A stretch of 64,000 nucleotides of DNA from an uncultured Christensenellaceae bacterium (GCA_944383905.1 CALWRI010000006.1:3883-67882); one strand, 5' to 3'. Positions 35,893-46,390 are shown, numbered from the stretch's first letter. The notes: generated by a model not told the origin, from the letters alone. Made by a program: numbers and translations.

Positions 35893-35980
35893 TACTAACC
35901 TCCAATTAGTACGTTGTATATACCTTTATTTTTTTACGCATTTGCCGCGACTCTGACCGCGCGGAGGTCTTACGCACATA

Positions 35981-36014
35981 GAAAAACGGGGTTGCCGAAA
36001 TCGACACCCCCGTT
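35981..36014 (-). terminator. rpsO terminator/attenuator hairpin in the rpsO-pnp spacer
   Basis: Minus strand AACGGGG-16 nt-CCCCGUU followed by UUUUC, just after the rpsO stop. Confidence 0.6.
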
Positions 36015-36019
36015 GCCTT

Positions 36020-36286
36020 TTACTTTCTCAAACCCAGCTTTGCGACCAACGCACGATAGCGTTCGATATCGCTCTCTTTGAGGTAGTTGAGCATGTTGCG
36101 TCTCTTGCCGACCATCTGCTTGAGACCTCTCATGCTGTGAAAGTCTTTCTTGTGTACCGCAAAGTGCTCGTTGAGTTGTTCGATTCTTGCGGTGAGAAGC
36201 GCGATCTGAACTTCGGGGGAACCCGTGTCGCCTTCATGCTGTGCGTATTGAGCAATGATCTGCTCTTTGGTGAGATTCTTTTCCAT
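36020..36286 (-). CDS. rpsO: 30S ribosomal protein S15
   Basis: 88 aa. [45 protein letters not shown]. Confidence 0.95.
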   Translation of the reverse strand: MEKNLTKEQIIAQYAQHEGDTGSPEVQIALLTARIEQLNEHFAVHKKDFHSMRGLKQMVGKRRNMLNYLKESDIERYRALVAKLGLRK

Positions 36287-36457
36287 TGTTTTGCCTCCTT
36301 TCTCTGGAAAATTAATTTGCCGTCAACCGAGAAAGACATCGGAGTTTTTGACCATCCCAGTCGCGGTACATAAAGTATATTAACATAATCGGATTTTTTA
36401 GGCAACCAAAAAGCGGCTTGTTTTATAAAAATACGCGAATATTTTTAACGATATATT

Positions 36458-36487
36458 GCGGGGAGCCTGCGCCGCGGGCTTTTTTTT
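36458..36487 (+). terminator. plus-strand-oriented intrinsic terminator-like hairpin with no + strand gene
   Basis: GGAGCCTG-cgccg-CGGGCTTT stem followed by T8 on the + strand. The minus-strand version has no U-tract. Confidence 0.35.
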
Positions 36488-36528
36488 CGCGCTTCGGAGG
36501 ACGCATTCCTCTCTACGAACGCGCGGTA

Positions 36529-37959
36529 TCAGTCCTCTCCGAGGAAAAACTTCCTCTTCTTTTCGGATACGGCTTCGCCTCTTGCGAGATAGACGTCGAG
36601 TCCCTTGGGATTTGCGCACCTTTCAAGCGCGTTTGAAGCGATATCAAGCTTTTTGGATATGCCTCCCGCGCCGTTTGCGATTATCGTCGTCGTCTCTTCC
36701 ATAATATCGACGTTGTAAATGCAGTATTTGCCGGGCTTGGAATATCCGACGTTCTCGAGATTACCACTGACGTACTTCTGCCTGTACATATAGTACGGAC
36801 AATACCCCGCTTTTGCCGCGGCTTCTCTTGCGTAATCGACCATGCGGGCGGCATCTTCGTCCGAAGCGTTGTCGTAACCGTCTACTTTGAGCACAGAGCC
36901 TTTTTTGAGAGCGAGCGTATGCACGGTCAGATTTTCGGGAGAAAGAGCGACGGCGCAGTCGACCGAATGCCTGAACGCGTCGAAGTCTTCGCCGGGGAGC
37001 ATTGCTATCAGATCGGTGTTTACGTCGAATTTGTATTTTCTCGCCGCATCGTAAGCTCTGTATATGTCGTCGACGGTATGTCTCCTACCTATCAGATCGA
37101 GTGTGGACTGATTGAATGACTGCGGATTGACCGAAATCCTTGTTACACCCGTTTCGTCCATAATTTTGAGCTTGTTTTCGGTGATAGTGTCGGGTCTTCC
37201 GGCTTCAACGGTAAACTCAACCTGACCGAAATCGAGAAGCGAAAGAACGGATCTGAAATCCTCGTCAGGAATGCTTGTAGGAGTCCCGCCGCCGACGTAA
37301 ACGCTCCTGATCTCATACCCAGTTTCGTCGACGAGGCGTTTGCAGTCTTCAAGCTCCTTTCTCAATAGCTCGCAATATAGAGGGACCTGCTTTCTGACCT
37401 TTGACAGCTCTGCGGAAATAAACGAGCAATAGACGCACCTCGTCGGACAGATGGGAATGTTTACGAAAACGTCCGCGACTTTATCTTTTTTGAGATATAC
37501 GGAGGATTGGTTTTCAACTATCTCCGCGACGAGCGCCGTCTTGCTTTTACTGACCCTGAAATCCTCCTCAAAGACTTTTGCCGCGTCAAGGCCATTGTCT
37601 TTGAGATCATGAAAAAGTTTTGTCGGACGTATCCCCGTGAGTGATCCGTATGGCAGAGACGCATTTGTCACAGTTTTGAGAACGTCATAAAGCGCAACCT
37701 TCGAAATTCTCTTAATTTGCGCTATCTTAGCCAGATTGTTGCTGGATATATCTATTTTTTGATTTATTTCATAGTAATTTTCAGGCAGTAACTTTGACTT
37801 AATAATAACTTTTAGTTGTTCACTGTCAAAAAAGAGCTCCAAAAAAATCTCCTCGCCGTCCTCGCAATCGATGACGGAAGGATAAAATTCTCTGACGAGC
37901 TCCATGTATTCGGGATAATATTTTTCTTCGTTTGTTCCAAACTTTATCTTTGTGTTCAT
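36529..37959 (-). CDS. hemZ: HemZ-type radical SAM coproporphyrinogen dehydrogenase-like protein
   Basis: Radical SAM CPTRCVYCSF about 180 aa into the protein, with HemN-like C-terminal colinearity. The start MNTKIKFG at 37959 makes an ATGA overlap with the upstream gene. The 71-codon Arg-rich extension in the track ORF is rejected. Confidence 0.75.
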   Translation of the reverse strand: MNTKIKFGTNEEKYYPEYMELVREFYPSVIDCEDGEEIFLELFFDSEQLKVIIKSKLLPENYYEINQKIDISSNNLAKIAQIKRISKVALYDVLKTVTNASLPYGSLTGIRPTKLFHDLKDNGLDAAKVFEEDFRVSKSKTALVAEIVENQSSVYLKKDKVADVFVNIPICPTRCVYCSFISAELSKVRKQVPLYCELLRKELEDCKRLVDETGYEIRSVYVGGGTPTSIPDEDFRSVLSLLDFGQVEFTVEAGRPDTITENKLKIMDETGVTRISVNPQSFNQSTLDLIGRRHTVDDIYRAYDAARKYKFDVNTDLIAMLPGEDFDAFRHSVDCAVALSPENLTVHTLALKKGSVLKVDGYDNASDEDAARMVDYAREAAAKAGYCPYYMYRQKYVSGNLENVGYSKPGKYCIYNVDIMEETTTIIANGAGGISKKLDIASNALERCANPKGLDVYLARGEAVSEKKRKFFLGED

Positions 37960-38567
37960 AGTCCGAAAAGTATAGGATTGGTTCTTCTCTCGTGCGCGAC
38001 GACAGTCTCTTCTCCGTGACCGCAAAGCAGCCTCGTATTCTCCGGCAAAGCAAGCAATCTTTCGACGCTCTTTTTGAGGCTTGCGAAGTCGCCGTCGTAA
38101 TTGTCGTATCTGCCGTAACTGTTGCAAAATATCACATCGCCCGCAAACACGACGTCTCCCGTCTTGTAACACACCTCTCCTCTGCTGTGCCCCGGGGTGT
38201 ACATGACCTCGACCTTATAGCCACAGAGATCGAGGACATCTCCGTCGGTCACCGTCACGTCCACATCAAAATGTTTGACGACGTTTTTGAAGTAAGGACA
38301 GAAATTCTTGCGCGGATCGTCGATTTTTTCCATATCCGATTCGTGCATATAAATTTTGGCTCCTGTTTTCTCCTTGAGATCTGCCGCGCCCATGATGTGA
38401 TCGTAATGTCCGTGCGTGACGAGAAGCGCTTTTATCTTGACGCCTTCCTTCTCTGCCGCCTTTATGACGAACGGCGCGTATATACAGTCGACGACGAAAG
38501 CCCCTTTCGTCTCCTCGTTGCATACGAGGTAACAGTTCGTCTGATAGTCCACGTTTATTATTTTCAT
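37956..38567 (-). CDS. MBL-fold metallo-hydrolase
   Basis: 203 aa. LVTHGHYDHIMG (HxHxDH) and TPGHSRG. Confidence 0.85.
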   Translation of the reverse strand: MKIINVDYQTNCYLVCNEETKGAFVVDCIYAPFVIKAAEKEGVKIKALLVTHGHYDHIMGAADLKEKTGAKIYMHESDMEKIDDPRKNFCPYFKNVVKHFDVDVTVTDGDVLDLCGYKVEVMYTPGHSRGEVCYKTGDVVFAGDVIFCNSYGRYDNYDGDFASLKKSVERLLALPENTRLLCGHGEETVVAHERRTNPILFGL

Positions 38568-38576
38568 AAATACCGC

Positions 38577-39014
38577 CTATTTGTCTATTATCATCGTTAC
38601 GGGTCCGTCGTTGGACATATCTATGTGCATATGCTCGCCGAAAACTCCGCTCGCCACCTTGCCGAGCATTTCTTCAAATTTCTTCAAAGTATAGTCATAC
38701 ATCGGCTTTGCTACTTCGTAATGAGCGGATTTTGAAAAATCGGGCCGTCTGCCCGTTGCCGCGTTGCCGTACAGCGTGAAGTTGGACACACACATCACCT
38801 CTCCGCTTATATCTTTGAGAGTTTTGTTGAGTTTTCCGTTTTCGTCGCGGAATATCCTCATACCCACTATTCTGTCGACGACGTAATCTATCTTTTTCTC
38901 GTCGTCGTCCGCGGTATAGCCCACGAGAACGAGAAAACCTTCTCCTATCGAAGATATCTTTTCTCCGTTTACGGTAAGCGTTGCCGAGTTGACTCTTTGT
39001 ATTACAGCTCTCAT
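38577..39014 (-). CDS. dtd: D-aminoacyl-tRNA deacylase
   Basis: 145 aa. MRAVIQRVNSATLTV and VSNFTLYGNAATGRRPDF. Confidence 0.9.
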   Translation of the reverse strand: MRAVIQRVNSATLTVNGEKISSIGEGFLVLVGYTADDDEKKIDYVVDRIVGMRIFRDENGKLNKTLKDISGEVMCVSNFTLYGNAATGRRPDFSKSAHYEVAKPMYDYTLKKFEEMLGKVASGVFGEHMHIDMSNDGPVTMIIDK

Positions 39015-39174
39015 ATCCTTTTTGCCTCTTGTATGTCATTTCGCAGGCTGCGGGCAAAGCAATGCGCGCTTTGTGCCCGTCGGTACGACGTCCGACGTAC
39101 CGCCTGTGCAAACTAACGTGTTTGTCGTTGAATATTGCATAAAACGGCGGCGGAAATCCCGTCGCCCGTCGATA

Positions 39175-41364
39175 TTATACGTTGTTTGTCCTCGAGACCG
39201 ACGTTACTCCTTTGAGCGATTGTATCTTCTTTATCAGATTTTCAAGGTCTTCGACGTTGCTTATTTCAACCGTAACCGTTATTACTGCCGTCCCGTTCTT
39301 TTCAGCGCGCGCGTTGATATTCGTCATGGCTATCTTCATATTGTTGATGAGCGTAGCCACCTCTATGACGAGTCCCGTCCTGTCTTCCGCGGTTATGCCG
39401 AGAGAGGAAACGAATTTTTCTCCCGCCGCGCTCTTCGACGGCCAGACCGCCTCAATAAGTCTTTCAGGCTCGAGGTACCTGACGTTGGGACAATCCGCCC
39501 TGTGTATCGTCACGCCGCGGCTTCTCGAAATATATCCGACGATCTCGTCCCCGGGCACAGGGGTACAACAATGTGAAAAACGTATCTTCAGATCGTTGAA
39601 GCCCTTGACGATAATGCCGCTGTCGTTCTTGTGCTTGCGCACGGTCGTCGGCTTCACCTCTATGACAGGCTCTTTCTTGCATTCCTCGACCTTGTAGAAC
39701 TCTATCATCTTGGTGAGGACCTGATTTGTCGTGAGTTCTCCGTATCCGACCATGCCGAATATCTCGTCGGGATCCGATATGTTGTACTTTTGTTTTATGT
39801 AATCGCGCCAGCTTGGCAAAGCGACGAGATCGGCAAGCTGATAATTCTTGTGCTTTGCCTCTCGTTCGAGCATATCTTTGCCGCGCTTGACGTTTTCGTC
39901 GCGCATTTCCTTTTTGAAAAAGCTCTTGATCTTGCTCTTTGCCGAAGGAGTCTTGACGAATTTGAGCCAGTCACGCGACGGACCTTTTGCCGACGCGGAC
40001 GTGATAACTTCGACGACGTCGCCGTTTGCAAGAACGGTGTCGACGGGCACGATTTTCGAATTGATCTTTATCCCGACGCACTTGTTGCCGACCTGCGAGT
40101 GTATTGCATAGGCAAAATCAATGCCCGTTGCGCCCGCGGGAAGATTGACGACTTCGCCTTTGGGCGTAAACACGAAGACCTGATCGACGTAAAGGTCGAG
40201 TTTGAGCATATCGAGATATTCGCGCGAGTCGCTGACGTCGTTTTGCAACTCCATCACGCTTCTTATCCACGCGAGCTTGTTATCGTCGATCGATGAATTG
40301 CCGTCCGCAACGCCCTGCTTGTATTTCCAATGCGCGGCAATACCGTATTCCGCGATCCTGTGCATTTCGTGCGTGCGGATCTGGATCTCGAACGGCGAAC
40401 CGTAACTCGAAAGCACCGTCGTATGCAAAGACTGATACATATTCGTCTTCGGCACCGAAATGTAGTCCTTGAATCTGCCGGGAAGCGGCTTCCACATCGT
40501 ATGGATTGCGCCGAGCACCGCATAGCAATCTTTGACGGTATCGACGATTATCCTGACCGCTGTCAGGTCGTATATCTCCTCAAAGCTCTTGCCCTTCTGC
40601 ATCTTGCGCCATATGCTGTAAAAATGCTTGGGTCTGCCGTTTATATCGCCTTTTATGCCGAGCTCTTCGAGCATTTTGCGAAGATCCGCAGTGATCGAAT
40701 CGACGAGTTTCTGCCTCTCGACCTTCGTCGAAGCGACTTTTTCGGCGATCATATAATAGTCGTCGGGATGCAGGTAACGCAGACAAAGATCTTCGAGTTC
40801 GCCTTTAACGCTCGCGATACCGAGTCTCGCGGCTATCGGCGCGTATATTTCGAGCGTCTCCGTCGCAACGCGCTTCTGATCCTCTTCCTTTCTGAAAGAA
40901 AGAGTGCGCATATTGTGAAGCCTGTCCGCGAGCTTTATTATTATGACGCGGATGTCGTTGCTCATGGCAAGGAACATTCGCCTGAGGTTTTCCGCCTGCG
41001 CTTCCTCGCGCGACTTGAAGTTGAGTTTGCTCAATTTCGTGACGCCGTCCACGAGCATTACCACGCTGTGCCCGAATTCGTTTTCGATCTCCTCTTCGGT
41101 CACCTCGGTATCTTCGACGACGTCGTGCAAAAGCGCGGCGATTATCGTATCGCAGTCGAGGCCGAGCTCCACGAGTATGCTCGCGACCGCTACGGGATGC
41201 ACGAAATATTCTTCTCCCGAATGTCTCAACTGACCTTTGTGCGCGGTTTTGGCAAAGTAATACGCGCGGACTATCCTCTGATAGCTCGCGTCTCCGTAAT
41301 TGTTTTCGATTTGAGTCAAAAAGTCTTCTATCATTGCCTTCGCACAGCGCAAACGCGCTTTCAC
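39175..41364 (-). CDS. relA: bifunctional (p)ppGpp synthetase/hydrolase RelA/SpoT
   Basis: HD hydrolase (HDVVEDT), synthetase (GRPKHFYSIWRKMQKG), TGS and ACT domains. 41364 (GTG) is the outer limit for the start. An in-frame TTG at 41352 (GAGGTG 9 nt upstream) or the ATG at 41334 is also possible. Confidence 0.9.
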   Translation of the reverse strand: MKARLRCAKAMIEDFLTQIENNYGDASYQRIVRAYYFAKTAHKGQLRHSGEEYFVHPVAVASILVELGLDCDTIIAALLHDVVEDTEVTEEEIENEFGHSVVMLVDGVTKLSKLNFKSREEAQAENLRRMFLAMSNDIRVIIIKLADRLHNMRTLSFRKEEDQKRVATETLEIYAPIAARLGIASVKGELEDLCLRYLHPDDYYMIAEKVASTKVERQKLVDSITADLRKMLEELGIKGDINGRPKHFYSIWRKMQKGKSFEEIYDLTAVRIIVDTVKDCYAVLGAIHTMWKPLPGRFKDYISVPKTNMYQSLHTTVLSSYGSPFEIQIRTHEMHRIAEYGIAAHWKYKQGVADGNSSIDDNKLAWIRSVMELQNDVSDSREYLDMLKLDLYVDQVFVFTPKGEVVNLPAGATGIDFAYAIHSQVGNKCVGIKINSKIVPVDTVLANGDVVEVITSASAKGPSRDWLKFVKTPSAKSKIKSFFKKEMRDENVKRGKDMLEREAKHKNYQLADLVALPSWRDYIKQKYNISDPDEIFGMVGYGELTTNQVLTKMIEFYKVEECKKEPVIEVKPTTVRKHKNDSGIIVKGFNDLKIRFSHCCTPVPGDEIVGYISRSRGVTIHRADCPNVRYLEPERLIEAVWPSKSAAGEKFVSSLGITAEDRTGLVIEVATLINNMKIAMTNINARAEKNGTAVITVTVEISNVEDLENLIKKIQSLKGVTSVSRTNNV

Positions 41365-41455
41365 CTCATTTATATAATACCACGTTTTCGTAGTCTATCA
41401 ACAGATAATTTTAATTTATATAAAGATTATAACAAAATTAACCGTATTTTAGCCT

Positions 41456-43735
41456 TCAACCGCATATTGCGCGGTACAAGACGCTGTTGCCGAGCTCTGC
41501 GGTGACTCCCGCCGCGCAATGCACGTCTGCGCCGCAGACTATGAGCCCGAGCTCTGCAAAGACGTAAAAACAAATGAGAAACTTGCGTTTTTCTACTCCG
41601 CAATCCGCCGCGACGTCCGCATAAAGCGAGTCCGCGTCGGTGTATCTGCGCGCATTCAACGCCTTTCTGATCGCTCTGTACACAGCGCCGAATTCCTGAT
41701 ATACGGGGGCGTGATCGGCATAAACTTCGTTCAGATCCCCGACGGGATAAACTCTGACCTTTCCGCCGCGGGCAAACTTTTCTGTTCCCGAAAGCGGTTC
41801 TTCGAGCAATACCGTCTGCGAATAGAAATCCGTCGCGCCTTTTGACGGACAAAGTATTATCTTTGTTTCAGGCAATTTGCCCTCTCCCTTGCCGTATATG
41901 ACATCAAGACCGAGCTCCTTGGAAGCGGTTTGCGCCGTCCGTTTGTCAAACGCGACAAAACATACGCCGTAAGGCTTTTTCGCAAGTTCGAGCGCAGTTT
42001 CGCGGCTTGTAACGATTCTCCCGATATCCTTGTCGACATTTGCGTCGCCGACGTTTTTAAGACAGTATTCGAAGCAAACGTCTTCGTCGGGAAGCTCGCC
42101 GGGAAGCACGCTTCTTATCACCGCCTGCGTGCGCTCGGTATTGTTGAAAACAGAATATGACACGTCGAGATAAAGCCTCTTTTTCGCCTCGCTGTTGAGG
42201 TACTCTTTGTCTTCGGACATCCCGAAACCGAGCACTTCCATATTCTTGATGCGGCACTTTATATGACTTCCGTCTCCAAACGCTACAAAACCGCATCTGC
42301 CCTCGTCGATCGCAAATACCGGCGCGGGATTGCCCTCTCCGAACGGCTGCAACAGCATGAGCTGTTTGGTGACCGCAACGTCGAGCGGCTTTGTGATAAG
42401 TGCGTCAAATTCCCTTTCTCTCCTCGCAAAGGCGTCCGCATAGGCGATTTTTGCGTATGCGTTGACGGTCGCCGAAAAGTCCGCGAGTTTGTCTTCGTCA
42501 AGCCCGACGCCGCACGCCATCGGGTGCCCGCCGAAGCGGGTCAGGAACGCGGAAGCGTTCTTTACGCAGTCGAGAATATTCACGCCGGGTATGCTCCTGC
42601 CCGAGCCTTTGAGCACGCCCTTGTTTTTGGTAAACAGAATTACGGGGCGCGAAAAAGTCCCGACGAGCCGCGACGCGGTTATGCCGAGCACGCCGTCGTC
42701 CCAATACGGAGCGTACAGAATTATAAAAGGATTGTTTTCAAAATCGTAATCTTTGAGTTTTTCGAGGCAATCTTCGGTCAGATCGTCGGTGAGCTGCTGG
42801 CGCACGTCGTTTGCCCTGTTTATGTCTTCGACGAGACATTTGAGCAAAAATACGTCGTTTTCGACAAAAAGCTGTACAACTTCGTTGGCGTCCTTGACTC
42901 TGCCCATCGCGTTTATGCGGGGCGCAAGCTTGAACGCGACGTCGGACGACGTGACCTGACCTTTCACGCAACTGTCCGCGAGCATTGTGATTCCTTTGCG
43001 GTACCTCTTGTTTATGCTGACGAGTCCGTAATAGGTTATCACCCTGTTGTCTCCGACGAGCGGAACTACGTCCGCGATCGTTGCGAGCGCGGCGACGTCA
43101 TAATACTTCTTGCTCTCGTTCACTCCCGCAAGTGCCTCGACTATGCGAAGCGCGACTCCCGCGCCGCACAGATTTCTGAAAGCTCTCTCCGTCTTTGCGC
43201 TGACGTGCGGGTTGAACACCGGGCAATCGGGCAATTTTTCACCCGGCTGATGGTGATCGGTTATCAACATATCGAAGCCGAGCTCCTGTTGAGCATAATC
43301 GACTTCTTCGACCGAATTGATGCCGCAGTCCACACTGACGACGACCTGCGCGTCCGTGTTTTCCGCGATGTATTCGAGTGCGGAAACGCTTATGCCGTAA
43401 CCGTCGCTGTGCCTGTTGGGTATAAAATAATTGACCTTGCCCTTGCTGACGCCCGACAAGTAGCCGTAAAGTATGGAGACCGCGCATACGCCGTCGCAAT
43501 CGTAATCGCCGTATATGACGATGCTCTCGCCGTTTTCCGCGGCAAGGCGCAACCTCTCCGCCACTTCGCGCAAGCCGGAATACTCGTCAAGCGGAGTCAG
43601 AGACGACAGCGAAGGCTGCAAAAAAGCGCGGGCGCTCTCGACGTCGCAAAATCCTCTCTTTACGAGAAGGTCCGCGACGAGAGCGTCGATCGCAAGTTCT
43701 CTCTGCAAAATAAGTGATCTTTCTTTGTCGTCCAT
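41456..43735 (-). CDS. recJ: single-stranded-DNA-specific exonuclease RecJ
   Basis: 759 aa. DHH-family motifs VIYGDYDCDGV, VDCGI and LITDHHQPG, plus the DHHA1 region. Confidence 0.9.
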   Translation of the reverse strand: MDDKERSLILQRELAIDALVADLLVKRGFCDVESARAFLQPSLSSLTPLDEYSGLREVAERLRLAAENGESIVIYGDYDCDGVCAVSILYGYLSGVSKGKVNYFIPNRHSDGYGISVSALEYIAENTDAQVVVSVDCGINSVEEVDYAQQELGFDMLITDHHQPGEKLPDCPVFNPHVSAKTERAFRNLCGAGVALRIVEALAGVNESKKYYDVAALATIADVVPLVGDNRVITYYGLVSINKRYRKGITMLADSCVKGQVTSSDVAFKLAPRINAMGRVKDANEVVQLFVENDVFLLKCLVEDINRANDVRQQLTDDLTEDCLEKLKDYDFENNPFIILYAPYWDDGVLGITASRLVGTFSRPVILFTKNKGVLKGSGRSIPGVNILDCVKNASAFLTRFGGHPMACGVGLDEDKLADFSATVNAYAKIAYADAFARREREFDALITKPLDVAVTKQLMLLQPFGEGNPAPVFAIDEGRCGFVAFGDGSHIKCRIKNMEVLGFGMSEDKEYLNSEAKKRLYLDVSYSVFNNTERTQAVIRSVLPGELPDEDVCFEYCLKNVGDANVDKDIGRIVTSRETALELAKKPYGVCFVAFDKRTAQTASKELGLDVIYGKGEGKLPETKIILCPSKGATDFYSQTVLLEEPLSGTEKFARGGKVRVYPVGDLNEVYADHAPVYQEFGAVYRAIRKALNARRYTDADSLYADVAADCGVEKRKFLICFYVFAELGLIVCGADVHCAAGVTAELGNSVLYRAICG

Positions 43736-43862
43736 TATCTTCGCGCGTATATTATTGATAAATATATTATAAACCGTCCGTTTGCTTCCGATTGCGGATC
43801 CATGCCGTATTTCGTAAGATTCCTTTCGACCGTTTATGCTCGATGCGTCTTAAAACGCAATA

Positions 43863-43891
43863 CAAAAACGGTCGCGTTTTCGCGCGACCGT
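43863..43891 (-). terminator. rho-independent terminator after secF
   Basis: Minus strand ACGGUCGCG-loop-CGCGACCGU followed by UUUUUG. Confidence 0.75.
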
Positions 43892-43901
43892 TGAATGAGT
43901 T

Positions 43902-45023
43902 TTATGCGTTTTTCTTTTTCTTTTGTCCCGCGAAAGTCGGAGTAGCCTTGCTTGCTCTTTCTCTCTTCATCTTGTCCGCCGCGTTCTTCATCAACGCGTA
44001 CAGAGCGGGAGAAATGAATACCGATGAATAGAAGCCCGCTACGAGACCGAATATAACGGGAAGCGCAAATTCTCTGACAGTCGCCGCACCCAGTATCGCG
44101 AATATCACTATCGCAAACATCGTGGTGACGGTCGTATTGATCGTTCTCGTCATAGACTGTTTCGTAGACTTGTCTGCCATCTCGAAATTGTCGATTATAG
44201 CATTGTGATTGAGCTTTTTCTCTATCTTGATGTTCTCACGTACACGGTCGAATATAACGATCGTGTTGTTGATGGAATATGCAACGATCGTGATCATAGC
44301 CGCAATGAACGAGCTGTTGACCTGAATACGGAACACTATCGTCAGCGCAACCATTATCGCGACGTCGTGAATAAGCGCAATAACTGCCGCAAGACCGCTC
44401 CACAACTCGAAACGTATGATAACGTATACAAGAATGATCGCAAGAGATATCGCAAGAGATATGATCGCAGTGCGGATCAGAGATTCGCTAGCCGTCGCGC
44501 CTATGTTGCTGTAGGTAACCGATACGTTGGTATATCCGTTTTCCGCGCTGTATATCTCGTTGAGCTTCTCAACGATAAGCTCGTTCCTGACATCGGTCAG
44601 TTCGTTGGTCGGATCGTACGTCTTGGATATGTTGTCGTATTTGACTACGAGGGTCATATTTGCGCCCGAGTCCGACTTCTGACTGTAGCTGACCGTCGCC
44701 TTTACAGCGGACGCGTCAATAGTCTGATTGAGTTCCTCCTTAGCGTAGGCAACGATCTGTTCTGCAATTGCATCATCCTGCAAAAGCTCTACAACGGTGT
44801 CGAGATGCTTGTCGTACTTTTCGCTGTCGGAAAGCTCGCTCTCGCCGAGGACTATGTTGACAATAGAGCCGCCCGCAAAGTCGGTACCGATATTCATACC
44901 CTTGGAAACGTCCTTGTAGGACACGGCGTATCCTGTGAAAACAGCCGCAGCTATCAGAATGACCACGAACGGTATGACAAACCAGATCTTAAACATTCTG
45001 GGGATGTTTCTGTTTATCTTCAT
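43902..45023 (-). CDS. secF: protein translocase subunit SecF
   Basis: 373 aa. SecF periplasmic loop plus six TMs. 4-nt overlap with secD. Confidence 0.9.
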   Translation of the reverse strand: MKINRNIPRMFKIWFVIPFVVILIAAAVFTGYAVSYKDVSKGMNIGTDFAGGSIVNIVLGESELSDSEKYDKHLDTVVELLQDDAIAEQIVAYAKEELNQTIDASAVKATVSYSQKSDSGANMTLVVKYDNISKTYDPTNELTDVRNELIVEKLNEIYSAENGYTNVSVTYSNIGATASESLIRTAIISLAISLAIILVYVIIRFELWSGLAAVIALIHDVAIMVALTIVFRIQVNSSFIAAMITIVAYSINNTIVIFDRVRENIKIEKKLNHNAIIDNFEMADKSTKQSMTRTINTTVTTMFAIVIFAILGAATVREFALPVIFGLVAGFYSSVFISPALYALMKNAADKMKRERASKATPTFAGQKKKKNA

Positions 45024-46390
45024 ACAGTTGCACCTCCCTGAACTTCTTCTGCAGAAGCATTTACTTCCTGCGTTTCTTCTTCGTCTTCGGACTTACGCTT
45101 CATAGCGTACAATGCCGCGTGTTTTTCGCTGTGGAAAGCCATGATCGCATTGAGTATAATTCTCGTGATGAGAAGCGACGTAATCAGCGACAAAACGATA
45201 CCGATAAGGAGCGTGATGCCGAAGCCCTTGATCGTCGAAGCGCCCACGAGCATAAGCACAACCGCGCCGATGATCGTCGTGATGTTGCCGTCGAGGATCG
45301 CGCCGAGCGAACGCTTGAAGCCCTCACTGACCGCCATGCGCATCGACTTGCCCTTGGCGTATTCTTCTTTTATTCTCTCGAATATGATGACGTTGGCGTC
45401 GACAGCCATACCCATACTGAGAAGGATACCGGCTATACCCGCAAGCGTGAGCTGTACCCACGGGAACACCGAGAGGAAGAACACGTAGGTCATCGTGTAG
45501 TACGCAAGCGCGATGCTTGCCGCTACGCCCATGAGCCTGTATATAGCGATAAGATAAACGATGATGAGGAGCAGACCTACGAGACCCGCGATGACGCCCG
45601 CCCTGATAGCCGAGTCGCCGAGTGTCGCGGTAAGAGTGCTGGACTCTCTCATATTGAGCTGAAGCGGGAAGCTGCCCGCCTGTATCTGGACGGCAAGCGC
45701 ATAAGCGTCGTCGTAGCTGTATTGACCGCTTATCGAAGCCTGTCCGCCCGATATAGCTTCGCCTACCGAAGCGTGCATGACGTATTCGCCGTTGATATAA
45801 ATACCGAGGTACTTGCCCGTCAGATCCGAAGTGATCTTTGCGAACTTGTCGGAACCCGCACTCGTAAACTTGAGCGCAACCTCGTAATAACCCGTTTCGC
45901 TGTTGTAAGTAACGCCGGCTTCTGCGATCTCGTCGCCTGTCATAAGCGTTTCGTTGACGGTATCTGCGTCCGTGTACTCCTTGAATTCAAGGCTTGACGG
46001 ACGACCGATGAGATCGAATATTCTCTCGGGATCGTCGACGTCCGGGACCTCGACTCTTATCGTCCTGCCGTAAACGCTGACCTGCGCCTCCGTGTATCCT
46101 TTGTTGACCAAAAGACTTTCCAAACTCTGACGCGTGCCTTCTACCGCACTGTCTATTTCGTCGTCAGTCATACCCTCCGGGATCTTGTCCTCGTCCACTT
46201 CGTAAACAGCGTATGCGCCGCCGCTCAGGTCAAGACCGAGCTTTATGCAGGTCGGATACGCGTTGTAGTTGTAGATACCGAGTTGTCCGTCGGTGAGACT
46301 GACGAAAGCAAATACTGTGCCTAAAACGATAAGTATGGAAAAAACAGCTAAAATCACAATCGGAAGTGCGATTGATTTGCTCTTTATCAC
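45020..46390 (-). CDS. secD: protein translocase subunit SecD
   Basis: 456 aa. LGLDLSGG motif and a C-terminal six-TM bundle. GTG start after AGGAGG. Confidence 0.9.
   Translation of the reverse strand: MIKSKSIALPIVILAVFSILIVLGTVFAFVSLTDGQLGIYNYNAYPTCIKLGLDLSGGAYAVYEVDEDKIPEGMTDDEIDSAVEGTRQSLESLLVNKGYTEAQVSVYGRTIRVEVPDVDDPERIFDLIGRPSSLEFKEYTDADTVNETLMTGDEIAEAGVTYNSETGYYEVALKFTSAGSDKFAKITSDLTGKYLGIYINGEYVMHASVGEAISGGQASISGQYSYDDAYALAVQIQAGSFPLQLNMRESSTLTATLGDSAIRAGVIAGLVGLLLIIVYLIAIYRLMGVAASIALAYYTMTYVFFLSVFPWVQLTLAGIAGILLSMGMAVDANVIIFERIKEEYAKGKSMRMAVSEGFKRSLGAILDGNITTIIGAVVLMLVGASTIKGFGITLLIGIVLSLITSLLITRIILNAIMAFHSEKHAALYAMKRKSEDEEETQEVNASAEEVQGGATV

Noticed and set aside
33802-35898. Very long + strand ORFs lying opposite recognised minus-strand genes. 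Examples are 698 aa opposite pnp and the ORFs at 1854..3605, 4757..6322, 22061..23323, 42263..43717, 46461..47861, 50389..51828, 55159..56661 and 61389..62924.
   Set aside because: Each lies exactly antisense to a gene whose product has unmistakable conserved motifs. Their translations are Arg/His/Val/Asp-rich, low in complexity, and lack RBSs. This pattern is expected when the sense strand rarely uses TTA, CTA and TCA codons, so these are shadow ORFs rather than overlapping genes.
36529-38172. N-terminal extensions in several track ORFs: 71 Arg-rich codons on hemZ, and the extensions on surE (to 1046), pgsA (to 25954), the M16 peptidase (to 32822), rny (to 23347) and the acetyltransferase (to 12602).
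   Set aside because: The internal starts coincide with conserved protein N-termini, good RBSs and/or ATGA stop-start coupling with the upstream gene. The extensions are low in complexity and overlap upstream genes.
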